From the NCBI GenBank assembly GCA_026992735.1, contig JALWYO010000077.1:1-51413 (forward strand): 51,413 bases of DNA, in the 5' to 3' direction. Below, one piece after another: positions 39,434-50,405 of this stretch. The notes beneath the pieces are model-generated. The model had not been told where the DNA came from and did no database searches. It was given only the letters and a program-made list of their open reading frames with translations. Numbering within the stretch: position 1 is the first letter of the stretch; the number at the start of each line of letters is the position of its first letter. Source of the stretch: Deltaproteobacteria bacterium (lineage in GTDB: Bacteria > Desulfobacterota > Dissulfuribacteria > Dissulfuribacterales > QOAL01). Position numbers and translations under genes: made by a program.

Positions 39434-41197
39434 TTAGAACAGACCCTTTACCTTGCCGGTGTCAGTATCCACGTCTATCCTGCGGTATGCAGGATCTGAA
39501 CCTGTGCCAGGCATCAGGCTTATTGCTCCTGCTACAGGAACCACGAAACCAGCACCCTTGTAGGTGAGGATATCGCGTACGTGAAGCTTCCACCCCTTGG
39601 GCACTCCCTTGAGATTCGGATTGTCAGAGAGGCTCAGGTGGGTCTTGACCATGCATGTGCCAAGCTTGGATATTTCCGGATCTTTCTCCATGGCCTCTGC
39701 CTTTGCAGCTGCTTCGGGAGTATAGGTAACCCCGTCGCCACCGTAAACTTCCTTTGTAATAAGCTCAATCCTCTGGCGAAGCGGCATATCAAGGTCATAG
39801 AGGAACTTGAAATGATTTTCTTCATTACAGGCATCAACCACTGCGTCGGCAAATTCCAGGGCACCGTCACCGCCCTTTTCCCAATGTTCTGATACGGCAA
39901 CACGCGCACCTGCCTGTTCGCAGAGCCTGCGGCAGGCCTCGATCTCATCCTTGGTATCTGTATAAAATGCATTGATACACACAACCGGATTGATGCCAGC
40001 CTTCTTGACCGTCTCGATGTGATGCAGGAGGTTGGCGGTACCCTTCTCCACCCATTCAACATGTTCTTCATTGTACTCTGGCGGCATTGGACGGCCCGGC
40101 CTGGGAATCGGTGCTCCTCCGTGACATTTGAGCGCCCTGATGGTGGCCACTACTACCGCGCAGTTGGGTTTCAGGCCACTGAAACGGCACTTGAGGTTCC
40201 AAAATTTTTCGAACCCGATGTCAGCACCGAAACCGCTCTCTGTCACAAGGTAATCACCAAGTTTCAGGCCTATCTTGTCGGCAATCACGGATGACTGGCC
40301 AATGGCTATGTTGGCAAAAGGCCCTGCATGTATCAGGCATGGCTGCCCTTCAACAGTCTGCATGAGATTGGGATTGACGGCCTCCACCATCCATGCGGTC
40401 ATTGCACCTGCCACCTCCAGATCCTCTGTTGTGACAGGCTTGCCGGTGCGGTCATAGGCAACCACTATCCTGCCGATCCTCTCCCTCAGGTCCTTGAGAT
40501 CGTTGGCAATGGCAAGGATGGCCATAATCTCGGAACTCACTGCGATATTGAACCCGCTCTGCATGGTCATACCGTCCATGCGCCCGCCAAGACCAATGGT
40601 GATGTTCCTGAGGGCCTGGGCACAGAAGTCGAGGATCCACTTGAATTCCACACTTTTTGGATGGACATTGATTCTCTTGAGATTTCTCTGCGCAAGCTGC
40701 TCATCAGTATAGTTTGACTCATGCTGCATCCTTGCAGTAAGGGCTACCATGCCGAGGTTATGGGCATTCATGATGGCGTTGATGTCACCGGTAAGGCCAA
40801 GGGAAAACTTGGAAAGAGGAATTACCTGTGCAAGGCCGCCGCCTGCAGCGCTTCCCTTTATATTGAAAGTGGGCCCGCCTGACGGCTGACGAAGAGCGCC
40901 GATCACGTTCTTGCCCCTCTTGCCCAGACCTTCCATCAGGCCGACTGCACATGTACTCTTTCCTTCGCCAAGGGGTGTAGGAGTAATGGCAGTAACATCA
41001 ATATATTTTCCATCCGGCTTGTCCTTGAGCCTTTCAAGTGCCTTTGCGTAGTCTATCTTGGCAACATAGTGGCCATAGGGAAGGAGCTCTTCCTTGTCCA
41101 GGGCAAGCTCTTCTCCGAGCTGATAGACCGTCTTCATGGTCTCTTCAGCTGCCTCTGCTATCTGCCAGTCTTTCATCTTGGTGGGGTCCAGTTTCAT
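39434..41197 (-). CDS. fhs: Formate--tetrahydrofolate ligase
   Basis: '[14 protein letters not shown]', '[19 protein letters not shown]', 'HAGPFANIA', '[14 protein letters not shown]'. Confidence 0.98.
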   Translation of the reverse strand: MKLDPTKMKDWQIAEAAEETMKTVYQLGEELALDKEELLPYGHYVAKIDYAKALERLKDKPDGKYIDVTAITPTPLGEGKSTCAVGLMEGLGKRGKNVIGALRQPSGGPTFNIKGSAAGGGLAQVIPLSKFSLGLTGDINAIMNAHNLGMVALTARMQHESNYTDEQLAQRNLKRINVHPKSVEFKWILDFCAQALRNITIGLGGRMDGMTMQSGFNIAVSSEIMAILAIANDLKDLRERIGRIVVAYDRTGKPVTTEDLEVAGAMTAWMVEAVNPNLMQTVEGQPCLIHAGPFANIAIGQSSVIADKIGLKLGDYLVTESGFGADIGFEKFWNLKCRFSGLKPNCAVVVATIRALKCHGGAPIPRPGRPMPPEYNEEHVEWVEKGTANLLHHIETVKKAGINPVVCINAFYTDTKDEIEACRRLCEQAGARVAVSEHWEKGGDGALEFADAVVDACNEENHFKFLYDLDMPLRQRIELITKEVYGGDGVTYTPEAAAKAEAMEKDPEISKLGTCMVKTHLSLSDNPNLKGVPKGWKLHVRDILTYKGAGFVVPVAGAISLMPGTGSDPAYRRIDVDTDTGKVKGLF

Positions 41198-41407
41198 CTC
41201 CTATCCTCCTGTGTTTTTTGTGGATTCAGGCAGACACTCCGGGCACTAACAAACAACATGTGCAGCGGATGGGGTTGAAATATAAAAAACCTTGGTTAAT
41301 CTCAATGTATGAGCAACGCACTTAAGCATAACCGGCATCTGCCTGGAACTGATTCAAAAACTGTTAACTTAAAAACAGCCTGCTTGTCAATCCTTTAGGA
41401 GGAAACA

Positions 41408-42013
41408 GTGATCCTGGAAATAGATACTCACAGGCCAAATCCAAAAAAAATCGCCAGGATTGCAGAGGCGCTAAAAAACGGTGAAGTTGTCATATATCCT
41501 ACTGACACCTGCTATGGCCTTGGCGCAGATATCTTCAACAAGAAGGCCATAGAAAAAATCTACCAGATCAAGGGTATTCCCAAGAACAGGCCTTTCAGCT
41601 TTGTATGCTCAAACCTCAGCGACATCAGCAGATATGCCAGGGTTACTGACTTTGCATACAGGATTTTGAAGAGATACCTGCCCGGCCCATACACATTTAT
41701 CCTGGAAGGTTCTAAGCAGGTCCCCAAGATGATGCTGACGAAAAGGAAGACCGCTGGCATCAGGATACCGGACCATCCTGTATGCCAGGAGATAGTTCGG
41801 CTTTTAGGGAACCCGGTAATAAGCACTACGGCATCAATGGGAGACAGGACATTTTCAGACCCCAGGGAGATGGCAAAGGTATTCGGAAAGAGAGTTGCGA
41901 TAATCGCTGACTGCGGCATAATCCCGCCGGAGCCATCCAGCGTCATATCCCTGGCAAATGACGAGCCGTCCATACTGCGAAGAGGCAAGGGGAGCTGTGA
42001 AGACTTTGAGTAG
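41408..42013 (+). CDS. Sua5/YciO/YrdC-family protein (threonylcarbamoyl-AMP synthase-like)
   Basis: 'YPTDTCYGLG', 'LPGPYTFIL', 'GIRIPDHP'; AGGAGG RBS before GTG. Confidence 0.92.
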   Translation: MILEIDTHRPNPKKIARIAEALKNGEVVIYPTDTCYGLGADIFNKKAIEKIYQIKGIPKNRPFSFVCSNLSDISRYARVTDFAYRILKRYLPGPYTFILEGSKQVPKMMLTKRKTAGIRIPDHPVCQEIVRLLGNPVISTTASMGDRTFSDPREMAKVFGKRVAIIADCGIIPPEPSSVISLANDEPSILRRGKGSCEDFE

Positions 42014-42101
42014 GGATCATCCTGTCATCTCCTGATTCAGACCTTTTTATGAAAAAAATCTCTTGCTCCATCATAGACATCATAATGCAATTGCAATTGA
42101 C

Positions 42102-43775
42102 ATGCTCTCGGAACTGATACTGGAAAACTTTATCCTGACCAAAAGGGCATCCTTTCCCTTTGAATCCGGATTTACAGTAATCACGGGCCCTACTGGTGCA
42201 GGCAAATCCCTGCTTGTAAAGGCATTAAAGCTCATACTCGGGGACAGGGCAGACACATCAGTTGTCAGGCCTGGAGCAGAATATGCTGTCGTGCAAGCGC
42301 TTTTCGAGGTACCCTCAAATGTCCGGGAAGCCCTCAAGCAACAGGGAATAGAGAGCGATGGCGAGATGATTATCAGGAGGATCATAACCACCAAGGGCAA
42401 GGGCAAAACATTCATAAACGGCAACCTAGTAAGCCTGCAACAGGCCAAAAAACTGACCAAAGGCCTGGTAACCATTGCCAGCCAGCACGAATTCCAGAAC
42501 CTCCTCAGAAGGGAAAGGCACTTAACTCTGCTGGATAATTTTGGAAACCTGGAATCACAGTGCAATGTGCTTGCGGGCCTGCATGCAGATGTCATGCTCT
42601 GGAGAAAAAAACTGGAAAGGCTCGAGGAGCAAAACCAGGCATGGGAGGAAGAAAAAAAGAAAATTCTCGCGGAACTGCGCATGATAGATGAAGTCGCCCC
42701 TCAGGAGCATGAAGAAGAGGAACTGGAGCAGGAACGTTCTGTACTCAAGGCATCCAGTCTCCTCAGGGAGCTTGGAGAAGGTATCTACAGGGAGCTCTAT
42801 TCTGCACAGGGAAGCATTACCGAACGGCTCTCCAGCTGCCGTGCTGACATGGAAAAGATGGCTGGAATCGATACAAAGCTTAGCCCCCTGCAAGAACTCC
42901 TGGACTCCACCACTTATCAGGCCTCTGATCTCGCCCTCTCTCTCAGAGACTATCTGCACGGCCTTCCAGTAGATCTTTCCAGGCTTGACCAGGTTGAGGA
43001 ACGCCTGTTCAGGCTTCAGGAGATAAAGAGAAAATTCGGGCCAGAGATACGCGACGTCCTTGAACACAGGGAAAAACTCCAGATGAAATTAGACGAGCAT
43101 GGAGACCTGGAAATCGAAATCACCAATGCGGCCGGAAAACTGGAGCAGGCGGAAGACATACTGTGCCGCGAAGCCGAAAAGTTGAGCATCATGCGTCACG
43201 AGGCTGCCAAGGCAATGGAACAGGCTGTGATGAAGGAGCTATCTTTTCTGGACCTGAAATTGGCTTGTCTTCAGGTAAGGATAACCTCCCCTGAGGAAAT
43301 ACTTCCGGACACAGTAGGGCCATCAGGTGCTGACAAGGTGGAATTCTTTTTCTCAGCCAACCCCGGGCAACCTCTGCGCCCTTTGGCCAAGGTCGCCTCT
43401 GGCGGCGAACTCTCAAGGGTGCTGCTTGCTGTCAAAACCGTAACAGGTGGAAAAGGAATGAATCAGACCATGGTCTTTGATGAGATAGACACAGGGCTTG
43501 GCGGAGAAATTGCAGAAAACGTGGGCAGAAAGCTCAGGTCTATAGGCAAGGATTTACAGGTCATTGCAATAACGCATTTTCCCCAGATAGCCTCCATGGG
43601 GCAAGGACATCTTGCCGTAGAAAAACGGCAGCAGAAAGGCACGACGGTAATGGAGGTAAAAAATCTCTCTGATGAAGAACGGCCTGCTGAAATCATGAGA
43701 ATGCTTGGAGGCGACACAGAGACTGCTGAACAATATGCAAACGAACTGCTTGGTCCTGTTCTCCGGCGGACTTGA
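42102..43775 (+). CDS. recN: DNA repair protein RecN
   Basis: 'ITGPTGAGKS', coiled coil, 'KVASGGELSR', 'VFDEIDTG', 'ITHFPQIA'. Confidence 0.96.
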   Translation: MLSELILENFILTKRASFPFESGFTVITGPTGAGKSLLVKALKLILGDRADTSVVRPGAEYAVVQALFEVPSNVREALKQQGIESDGEMIIRRIITTKGKGKTFINGNLVSLQQAKKLTKGLVTIASQHEFQNLLRRERHLTLLDNFGNLESQCNVLAGLHADVMLWRKKLERLEEQNQAWEEEKKKILAELRMIDEVAPQEHEEEELEQERSVLKASSLLRELGEGIYRELYSAQGSITERLSSCRADMEKMAGIDTKLSPLQELLDSTTYQASDLALSLRDYLHGLPVDLSRLDQVEERLFRLQEIKRKFGPEIRDVLEHREKLQMKLDEHGDLEIEITNAAGKLEQAEDILCREAEKLSIMRHEAAKAMEQAVMKELSFLDLKLACLQVRITSPEEILPDTVGPSGADKVEFFFSANPGQPLRPLAKVASGGELSRVLLAVKTVTGGKGMNQTMVFDEIDTGLGGEIAENVGRKLRSIGKDLQVIAITHFPQIASMGQGHLAVEKRQQKGTTVMEVKNLSDEERPAEIMRMLGGDTETAEQYANELLGPVLRRT

Positions 43776-44748
43776 CAGCATACTTGCCTGCAAAGTACTG
43801 GAAGAACAGGGCATAAGACCAATAGCCCTGCGCTTTATCACGCCGTTCTTCGGCCTGAATCTATACGATGAAGACAAGGCCGGGGCCGAAGCCGAAAAGG
43901 CCATGGAGAAATACGGCATTGAAATGCAGGTCATAGACATAAGCCTGGAATACCTGGCCATGGTCCCGAATCCGCCACATGGTTACGGCCGCCACCTGAA
44001 CCCCTGCATTGACTGCAAGATACTCATGGTAAAAAAGGCCATTTCCATGCTGGATCACTTCAACGCCTCGTTTGTGGCAACTGGAGAGGTGCTGGGGCAG
44101 AGGCCCATGTCCCAGAGACGGGATACCTTAAGGATAATCGAACGCGACAGCAGTGCCCATGGCCTGCTTCTGAGACCGCTCTCAGCCAGGTTCCTCCCTG
44201 AGACAATCCCTGAAAGGCAGGGCATCATAAACAGGGAGCTTCTGCCATCCATTTCCGGCAGAAGCAGAAAGGCACAGATAGCCCTTGCAAAACAGTATAA
44301 AATCAAAGACTATCCTGCACCAGCAGGCGGATGCGTGCTTGCTGACAAGATCATCGCCAACAGGTTCAGGAAAATTTTTACTCAATGGCCGGATTTTACT
44401 GCAGAAGACTGCATATTGGCACAAGTGGGCAGGCACTTTCTCCTGCAGGACATGAGCTGGCTTACTGTAGGCAGGAATCAGGATGAAAACGCCAGGCTGC
44501 AACATATAACTCTCGATTCTGATATACAAATAAGGCTTGTGGACAATCCCGGCCCGTATTCTGTTATACGATATTTAAAAACCCGTGATGCCCTGGAACA
44601 GGCGGTACAGTTAATTGCCAGGTATTGCAGGCATGGACGCGGACAGGCCATGAAATTCCTGGCAACCTGCTCTGAAACAGGATTAAAGACAAGCATCAGC
44701 ACTGAGCATCCCTTAACAGACTGGCAGATTGACGCCATGAGATTTTGA
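43735..44748 (+). CDS. ThiI/MnmA-like PP-loop tRNA thiolation-type protein
   Basis: 'LFSGGLDS', 'NPCIDCK', 'TGEVLGQRPMSQ', 'PAGGC', 'VGRNQDEN'. Confidence 0.8.
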   Translation: MQTNCLVLFSGGLDSILACKVLEEQGIRPIALRFITPFFGLNLYDEDKAGAEAEKAMEKYGIEMQVIDISLEYLAMVPNPPHGYGRHLNPCIDCKILMVKKAISMLDHFNASFVATGEVLGQRPMSQRRDTLRIIERDSSAHGLLLRPLSARFLPETIPERQGIINRELLPSISGRSRKAQIALAKQYKIKDYPAPAGGCVLADKIIANRFRKIFTQWPDFTAEDCILAQVGRHFLLQDMSWLTVGRNQDENARLQHITLDSDIQIRLVDNPGPYSVIRYLKTRDALEQAVQLIARYCRHGRGQAMKFLATCSETGLKTSISTEHPLTDWQIDAMRF

Positions 44749-44981
44749 AGGCCCTCTTTCACGCCATCAAAGCTGCAGTCTCCTGGTTTTCATCAGACGC
44801 AGGACTTTCTTGACATTGTGTGGCCAAGAAGGCATCCTACAGAAATTTCATTTCACATGGGTACAGTTTGCGATAGTGCTTTATTGTCTGCCAGCATGAA
44901 TAGCCTGGGCTCATGCACTGGCCTGGGCCTTCTACAGGCATTTGAGATAATCTATTTACTGAGAGGAGATATCCCGGAACG

Positions 44982-46883
44982 ATGCTTGACATTATCAGAA
45001 GAAATGCAGCGTCATGGCTGATGAAATTCATACTGGGCGCCATAGTGGTGGTATTTATTTTCTGGGGCGTTGGCACTTTCAGGTCACAGCGTCTGGACAT
45101 CATGGCCAAGGTAAACGGCCAGAAGATCCTGGTAGAAGACTATCAGAAGGCATATAATTCTACTCTGGACCGGCTCCGGCGCATGTACAAAGGGGCCATC
45201 TCAGAGGCAATGCTCAAACAGATGCACCTGAAACAACAGATGTTGGATCAACTCATAGACACGGCCTTGGTGGAACAGGAAGCCAAAAAGATGGGGATCA
45301 GGGTTACTGACAAGGAAATCCAGAAAGTCATTCTCAGTATCCCTGCATTCAAACAGAATGGTTCATTTGACAATCGGCTATACCAGATGGCCTTGAGAAA
45401 TGCAGGGCTGAAACCGGTAGATTTCGAGCAAAATGTCAGGCATGAGATGTATCTCAGGAAGGTTCAGGCCCTGCTGACCTCTGGTGTTGCAGTGCCTGAT
45501 GCCGAGGCAGCCATGCATTATAGATATGAAAATGCTGAAATAAACGTGGAATTCGTAAAGATCAAGGGAGATGACTGCCTGTCATCTGTCAATGCCACGG
45601 ATGAGAAGCTCAGGACATGGTTCAAATCTCACCAGGAAAAGTTCAGGACTGATCCTCAGATCAAGCTCAAGTATGTGCTCTTCTCAAGAGAGGAGCTGAA
45701 AAAGTCTGTCAATGCCACGGATGCCGAGATTCGGCAGTACTACCAGGATCACCCTGATGAATTCCGTCTCCCGGAGATGCGCAGGGCAAGTCACATACTC
45801 CTGAAGATACCAAATGATGCAAGCAAGGCCGAGTTAGAGGCCATCAGGAAAAAGGCGGAAGAAATAGAAAAAAGGCTCAAGAAAGGCGAGGCCTTTGCAT
45901 CCCTGGCAAAGGAATACTCCGAGGACCCGGTGTCTGCGGCAAGGGGAGGCGATCTCGGCCTCTTCAAGAAGGGCACCATGGTCAAGCCCTTTGACGACAA
46001 GGTCTTCTCAATGAAAGAAGGAGAGATCAGCGAGCCGATACAGACAAATTTCGGCCTTCATATCATCAAGGTCACGGACATAAGACCTGCAAGGGAGCTG
46101 ACACTCAAAGAAGTCCATGACCGGATTGCCTCACAGATCAAGGCCAAGAAGACGGAAAAGATGCTGTGGGACCAGGCCAACAAGGCCTATGACACAATAA
46201 TTGAACTTGGCAGCCTGGAGGCCTATGCTGACAGCGCTAACAAGACCATCAAGGAAACCGGCTTCTTTTCCAGGAAGCAGCCGAGTCCGGTGCTTGGTTT
46301 CAATCCTCAGGTAACAGGGGCCATCTTCTCCCTGGGCAAGGGTGAACTGAGTTCTCTCATGGAGGTTCCCAAGGGGGTGCTCATAGCAGAAGTTGCGGAC
46401 AAGAAGGCCCCTTACATACCTCCGTTCAACGAGGTAAAGGACAAGGTCACAACAGCCTACCGCCATGACAGGGCACTGGAGCTATGCAGGGAAAAGGCGG
46501 AAGATTTCCTCAAGGCAGCAAAAGAGAAGGGATTTGCCAAGGCTGCTGCTCTTTATGGCCTGAAGATAGAAGAAACAGGTTATTTCAAGCGCCTGGACGC
46601 CTCTGGCAATAACAGGACAAAACTACCTCCTACAGTGGTAAAGGATGCCCTTTCCCTGGACAAGTCAAGACCACTGCCTGACAAGATTTCCACTGACAAC
46701 CAGACGTTCTACGTGCTGTATCTCAAGGGAGACAGGGACACTGCTGATATGAAGGCCTTTGATTCAAAAAAGAAGGCCGAGATAAAGAAAAAGGTGAGAC
46801 AGGTGAAGTCAGAGACGGTATTCCAGGACTGGCTAAAACACATCAGGGACAAGGCCAAGATCGAAATGATAAGAAAACCATGA
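44982..46883 (+). CDS. ppiD: PpiD/SurA-like periplasmic folding chaperone (parvulin domain)
   Basis: N-terminal TM anchor, SurA-N region, 'RASHILL', 'LAKEYSEDP..GGDLG', 'FGLHIIKV'. Confidence 0.88.
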   Translation: MLDIIRRNAASWLMKFILGAIVVVFIFWGVGTFRSQRLDIMAKVNGQKILVEDYQKAYNSTLDRLRRMYKGAISEAMLKQMHLKQQMLDQLIDTALVEQEAKKMGIRVTDKEIQKVILSIPAFKQNGSFDNRLYQMALRNAGLKPVDFEQNVRHEMYLRKVQALLTSGVAVPDAEAAMHYRYENAEINVEFVKIKGDDCLSSVNATDEKLRTWFKSHQEKFRTDPQIKLKYVLFSREELKKSVNATDAEIRQYYQDHPDEFRLPEMRRASHILLKIPNDASKAELEAIRKKAEEIEKRLKKGEAFASLAKEYSEDPVSAARGGDLGLFKKGTMVKPFDDKVFSMKEGEISEPIQTNFGLHIIKVTDIRPARELTLKEVHDRIASQIKAKKTEKMLWDQANKAYDTIIELGSLEAYADSANKTIKETGFFSRKQPSPVLGFNPQVTGAIFSLGKGELSSLMEVPKGVLIAEVADKKAPYIPPFNEVKDKVTTAYRHDRALELCREKAEDFLKAAKEKGFAKAAALYGLKIEETGYFKRLDASGNNRTKLPPTVVKDALSLDKSRPLPDKISTDNQTFYVLYLKGDRDTADMKAFDSKKKAEIKKKVRQVKSETVFQDWLKHIRDKAKIEMIRKP

Positions 46884-46915
46884 CGGACTGGACGCTTATT
46901 TAGATACAGATAGCA

Positions 46916-47767
46916 ATGAAATTATGTGATCTTCACACGCATACCACTGCTTCAGATGGCTCGGATTCACCTGAAGAGCTGCTGCAACTTGCCTCTAAAA
47001 CAGGGCTGGCTGCCATAGCCATCACGGACCACGATACCACTGCCGCCTTAAAACCCGGGGCTGCTGCCGCAATGGACGCAGGAGTGGAGTTTATACCAGG
47101 TGTGGAGCTGAGCTGTTCATTTCCCAAGGGCAACATGCACCTGCTCGGCTATTTCATAGACCAAAACTCTTCGGAATTGCAGTCTGTAATAGAAAAGGTC
47201 CAGGCAGCCCGGGCTGAGCGAAACCCAAGAATACTCAAGATGCTGGGCAAAATGGGGCTTCCCGTCTCCATGGAAGAGATCAACCGTATCTCTCATGGCG
47301 GACAAGTAGGAAGGCCACACATTGCTAGGATTATGGTAGAAAAAGGCTATGTCAAATCCGTAAGCCAGGCATTTGACAGGTATCTCAGGAAGGGTGGACC
47401 TGCCTATGCGCCGAAATCCATCCTGTCGCCGGAAGATGCCATCCAGACAGTACGCAGGGCAGGCGGTATTCCTGTATTGGCCCATCCATTTTCCCTGCAG
47501 GCAAAAGATGCCGAGGAACTGGAAGGCATGGTAACCGCCCTAAAGGATGCCGGGCTTATGGGGATCGAGTGCTATTACAGCGAGCATGACAAGGCCTTTA
47601 CCGCCCTCTGCCTGGATATTGCCTCAAGATATGGCCTGGTGGCCACTGGAGGCAGCGATTACCATGGCAAGGCCAAGCCTTATATCAGGCTGGGCGTTGG
47701 CAAAGGCAACCTCAGGATTCCATACTCCTGCGTGGAGGCACTAAAAGCGGCAAGGGATGCCCTTTAA
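46916..47767 (+). CDS. PHP-domain phosphoesterase (TrpH/YciV-like)
   Basis: 'DLHTHTTASDG', 'ITDHDT', 'GRPHIA', 'VLAHP', 'TGGSDYHG'. Confidence 0.92.
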   Translation: MKLCDLHTHTTASDGSDSPEELLQLASKTGLAAIAITDHDTTAALKPGAAAAMDAGVEFIPGVELSCSFPKGNMHLLGYFIDQNSSELQSVIEKVQAARAERNPRILKMLGKMGLPVSMEEINRISHGGQVGRPHIARIMVEKGYVKSVSQAFDRYLRKGGPAYAPKSILSPEDAIQTVRRAGGIPVLAHPFSLQAKDAEELEGMVTALKDAGLMGIECYYSEHDKAFTALCLDIASRYGLVATGGSDYHGKAKPYIRLGVGKGNLRIPYSCVEALKAARDAL

Positions 47768-49379
47768 AAAGACCGTTCCCAGAACAGTATTTCTTTTCCT
47801 TTTCATGGCGGCCTGGCTCGTGCAGGCACAGGCATCTGCAGATGAGGAAAGGCCTGCCTATGGAGACACGATAATAGTCGGCTCCATAGGAGATGCATCC
47901 ACACTCATACCGATGCTTGCATCTGATGCGACTTCCCATGAGATAGCCGGCCTGATCTACAACGGGCTGGTCAAGTACGACAGGAACCTGAACCTGGTGG
48001 GAGACCTGGCAGAATCATGGGACATCACCAACAATGGCAAGACCATCACATTCCATTTAAGACATGGGGTCAAGTGGCAGGACGGCGAGCCGTTCACCTC
48101 GGCAGACGTGCTTTTCGGATTCAAGACTATCATCAATCCAAAGACCCCCACGGCCTATGCAGGTGATTTCCTTGAGGTGGAGAAGGCCGAGGCCCCTGAT
48201 GATTACACCTTCAAGGTGACCTACAAGGAACCGTTTGCTCCTGCGCTCAGCTCCTGGGGTGACATAGTTGTGCTGCCAAAGCACCTGCTTAAGGGCAAGG
48301 ACATCACCAAGAGCCCACTGGCCCGCAAGCCGGTCGGGCTTGGCCCCTACAAGCTGAAACTCTGGAAGACGCAGGAAAGGATAGAGCTGGAGGCAAACCC
48401 AGGCTATTTTGATGGACGGCCCTATCTCGATGGATACATCATGCGCGTCATTCCCGACCCCGCCACCATGTTCATGGAGCTGAAGGCAGGCGGCATAGAC
48501 TGGATGGGCCTGTCGCCTGTACAGTACCGCAGGCAGACCAACACTCCATTCTTCAGAGAAAACTTCCGGAAATACAAGTACCTGTCCTTTTCGTACACCT
48601 ACCTTGGCTACAACCTGAGACATCCGTTTTTCAAGGACAGGCGTGTGCGGCAGGCCATCTCCTATGCCATTGACAAGGAAGAGATCATAAGGGGGGTACT
48701 CCTTGGCCTGGGAGTAGTTGCCACTGGTCCTTACAAGCCTGATGCCTGGTTTTACAACCCTGCTGTCAGACGCTATCCATACGACCCTGAACGGGCGAGG
48801 AAACTGCTGGCAGAATGCGGCTGGACTGACAGGGATGGAGACGGCATCATCGACAAGAACGGCGTGCCATTCTCGTTCACTGTGCTGACAAACCAGGGAA
48901 ATTCTTTAAGGGACAGGACGGCCCAAATCATCCAGTACAGGCTGAAGCAGGTGGGCATAAAGATGAACATAAGGCAGCTTGAATGGACGGCCTTTATCAA
49001 CGATTTTATTGATAAACGCCGCTTCGAGGCTGTCATACTGGGATGGACCCTCGGGCAGGACCCTGACATCTATGACATCTGGCACTCCTCAAAAACCGGG
49101 CCAAAAGAGCTTAACTTTATAGGGTACAAAAACCCCGAAGTGGACCGGCTGCTGCTCATGGGGCGCAGGACATTCAACAGGGAAGAAAGAAAGAAGATAT
49201 ATTTCAAGATACAGGAGATCATTGCCGAGGATCAACCTTATACATTTCTCTATGTGCCCATGGCCCTTCCCGTTATCCACGCCCGCTTTCATGGCATCCA
49301 CCCTGCCCCGGCAGGAATAAGTTACAACTTTATCAGGTGGTGGGTGCCAAAAAACGAACAGAAATACATAATGCGCTGA
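47757..49379 (+). CDS. Peptide ABC transporter substrate-binding protein (family 5)
   Basis: Signal peptide; 'GDLAESW', '[14 protein letters not shown]', 'PVGLGPYK', '[10 protein letters not shown]'. Confidence 0.93.
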   Translation: MPFKKTVPRTVFLFLFMAAWLVQAQASADEERPAYGDTIIVGSIGDASTLIPMLASDATSHEIAGLIYNGLVKYDRNLNLVGDLAESWDITNNGKTITFHLRHGVKWQDGEPFTSADVLFGFKTIINPKTPTAYAGDFLEVEKAEAPDDYTFKVTYKEPFAPALSSWGDIVVLPKHLLKGKDITKSPLARKPVGLGPYKLKLWKTQERIELEANPGYFDGRPYLDGYIMRVIPDPATMFMELKAGGIDWMGLSPVQYRRQTNTPFFRENFRKYKYLSFSYTYLGYNLRHPFFKDRRVRQAISYAIDKEEIIRGVLLGLGVVATGPYKPDAWFYNPAVRRYPYDPERARKLLAECGWTDRDGDGIIDKNGVPFSFTVLTNQGNSLRDRTAQIIQYRLKQVGIKMNIRQLEWTAFINDFIDKRRFEAVILGWTLGQDPDIYDIWHSSKTGPKELNFIGYKNPEVDRLLLMGRRTFNREERKKIYFKIQEIIAEDQPYTFLYVPMALPVIHARFHGIHPAPAGISYNFIRWWVPKNEQKYIMR

Positions 49380-49404
49380 CAAGATATGGAGACCAATCAC
49401 TGAA

Positions 49405-50403
49405 ATGGATTTCTTGATCTGGTTTGGCAAGAGGCTCCTGGCCCTGGTGCCGACATTCATAGGGATCACCATTATATCATTTTCCGTTATGCACATGGCT
49501 CCGGGAGAGCCAATGAGCCTGCAGGCCGACTTCAATCCGAAGATGACACCTGAAATGAGGCAGAGGCTGAGGGCACAGTACGGCCTGGACAAGCCCCTGT
49601 ATGTCCAGTACGGCAAGTGGCTCAAGGGGCTGGTGCAGCTGGACCTTGGCAGATCATTCTCCCCGGACAGGCGCAAGGTCTGGGACAAGATAAAAGAGCG
49701 TCTGCCAGTTACAATACTCATCAACGTTCTTTCCATGATACTGATAATCCTGGTGGCAGTTCCCCTGGGCGTATGGGCAGCGGTGAGACAGAACAGTCTC
49801 TTTGACCAGGTGACCACTGTGCTTGTATTCATAGCCTATGCCGCACCGGCGTTCTGGGTAGCCCTGCTCCTCATGCTATATTTCGGCATAGAGCTTAACT
49901 GGCTGCCTGTGTCCGGTCTCCACACCCTCATGGGCTACGAGAGGATGGATGCCTGGCACAAGGTGCTTGACTGGGGGAAACACCTGATCCTTCCGGTATT
50001 CGTTTCTGCCATAGGTGGCCTGGCCGGCTTCTCAAGATACACCAGGTCGTCCATGCTGGAGGTATTGCGGCAGGATTTCATTACAACGGCAAGGGCCAAG
50101 GGCCTGCCGGAGCGCACGGTCATATACAGGCATGCCCTGAGAAACGCCTTGCTGCCACTCATCACGATCCTGGGGCTGTCCATTCCCGGGCTCATTGGCG
50201 GAAGTGTCATCTTTGAATCCATATTTGCCATACCAGGCGTGGGGCAGCTCATGTGGTCCGCAGTAATGGCCAGGGATTACCCGGTATTGATGGGAAACCT
50301 GGTAATAGTTGCTGTAATGACCCTGCTCGGCAACCTCCTGGCAGACATGGGCTATGCGGCAGCAGACCCGCGCATCAGAACCGGCATCAGGGAGGAAGAA
50401 TAG
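49405..50403 (+). CDS. Peptide ABC transporter permease (OppB/DppB type)
   Basis: 'APGEP', '[10 protein letters not shown]', '[12 protein letters not shown]', 'HALRNA', 'ADPRI'. Confidence 0.94.
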   Translation: MDFLIWFGKRLLALVPTFIGITIISFSVMHMAPGEPMSLQADFNPKMTPEMRQRLRAQYGLDKPLYVQYGKWLKGLVQLDLGRSFSPDRRKVWDKIKERLPVTILINVLSMILIILVAVPLGVWAAVRQNSLFDQVTTVLVFIAYAAPAFWVALLLMLYFGIELNWLPVSGLHTLMGYERMDAWHKVLDWGKHLILPVFVSAIGGLAGFSRYTRSSMLEVLRQDFITTARAKGLPERTVIYRHALRNALLPLITILGLSIPGLIGGSVIFESIFAIPGVGQLMWSAVMARDYPVLMGNLVIVAVMTLLGNLLADMGYAAADPRIRTGIREEE

Positions 50404-50405
50404 CC

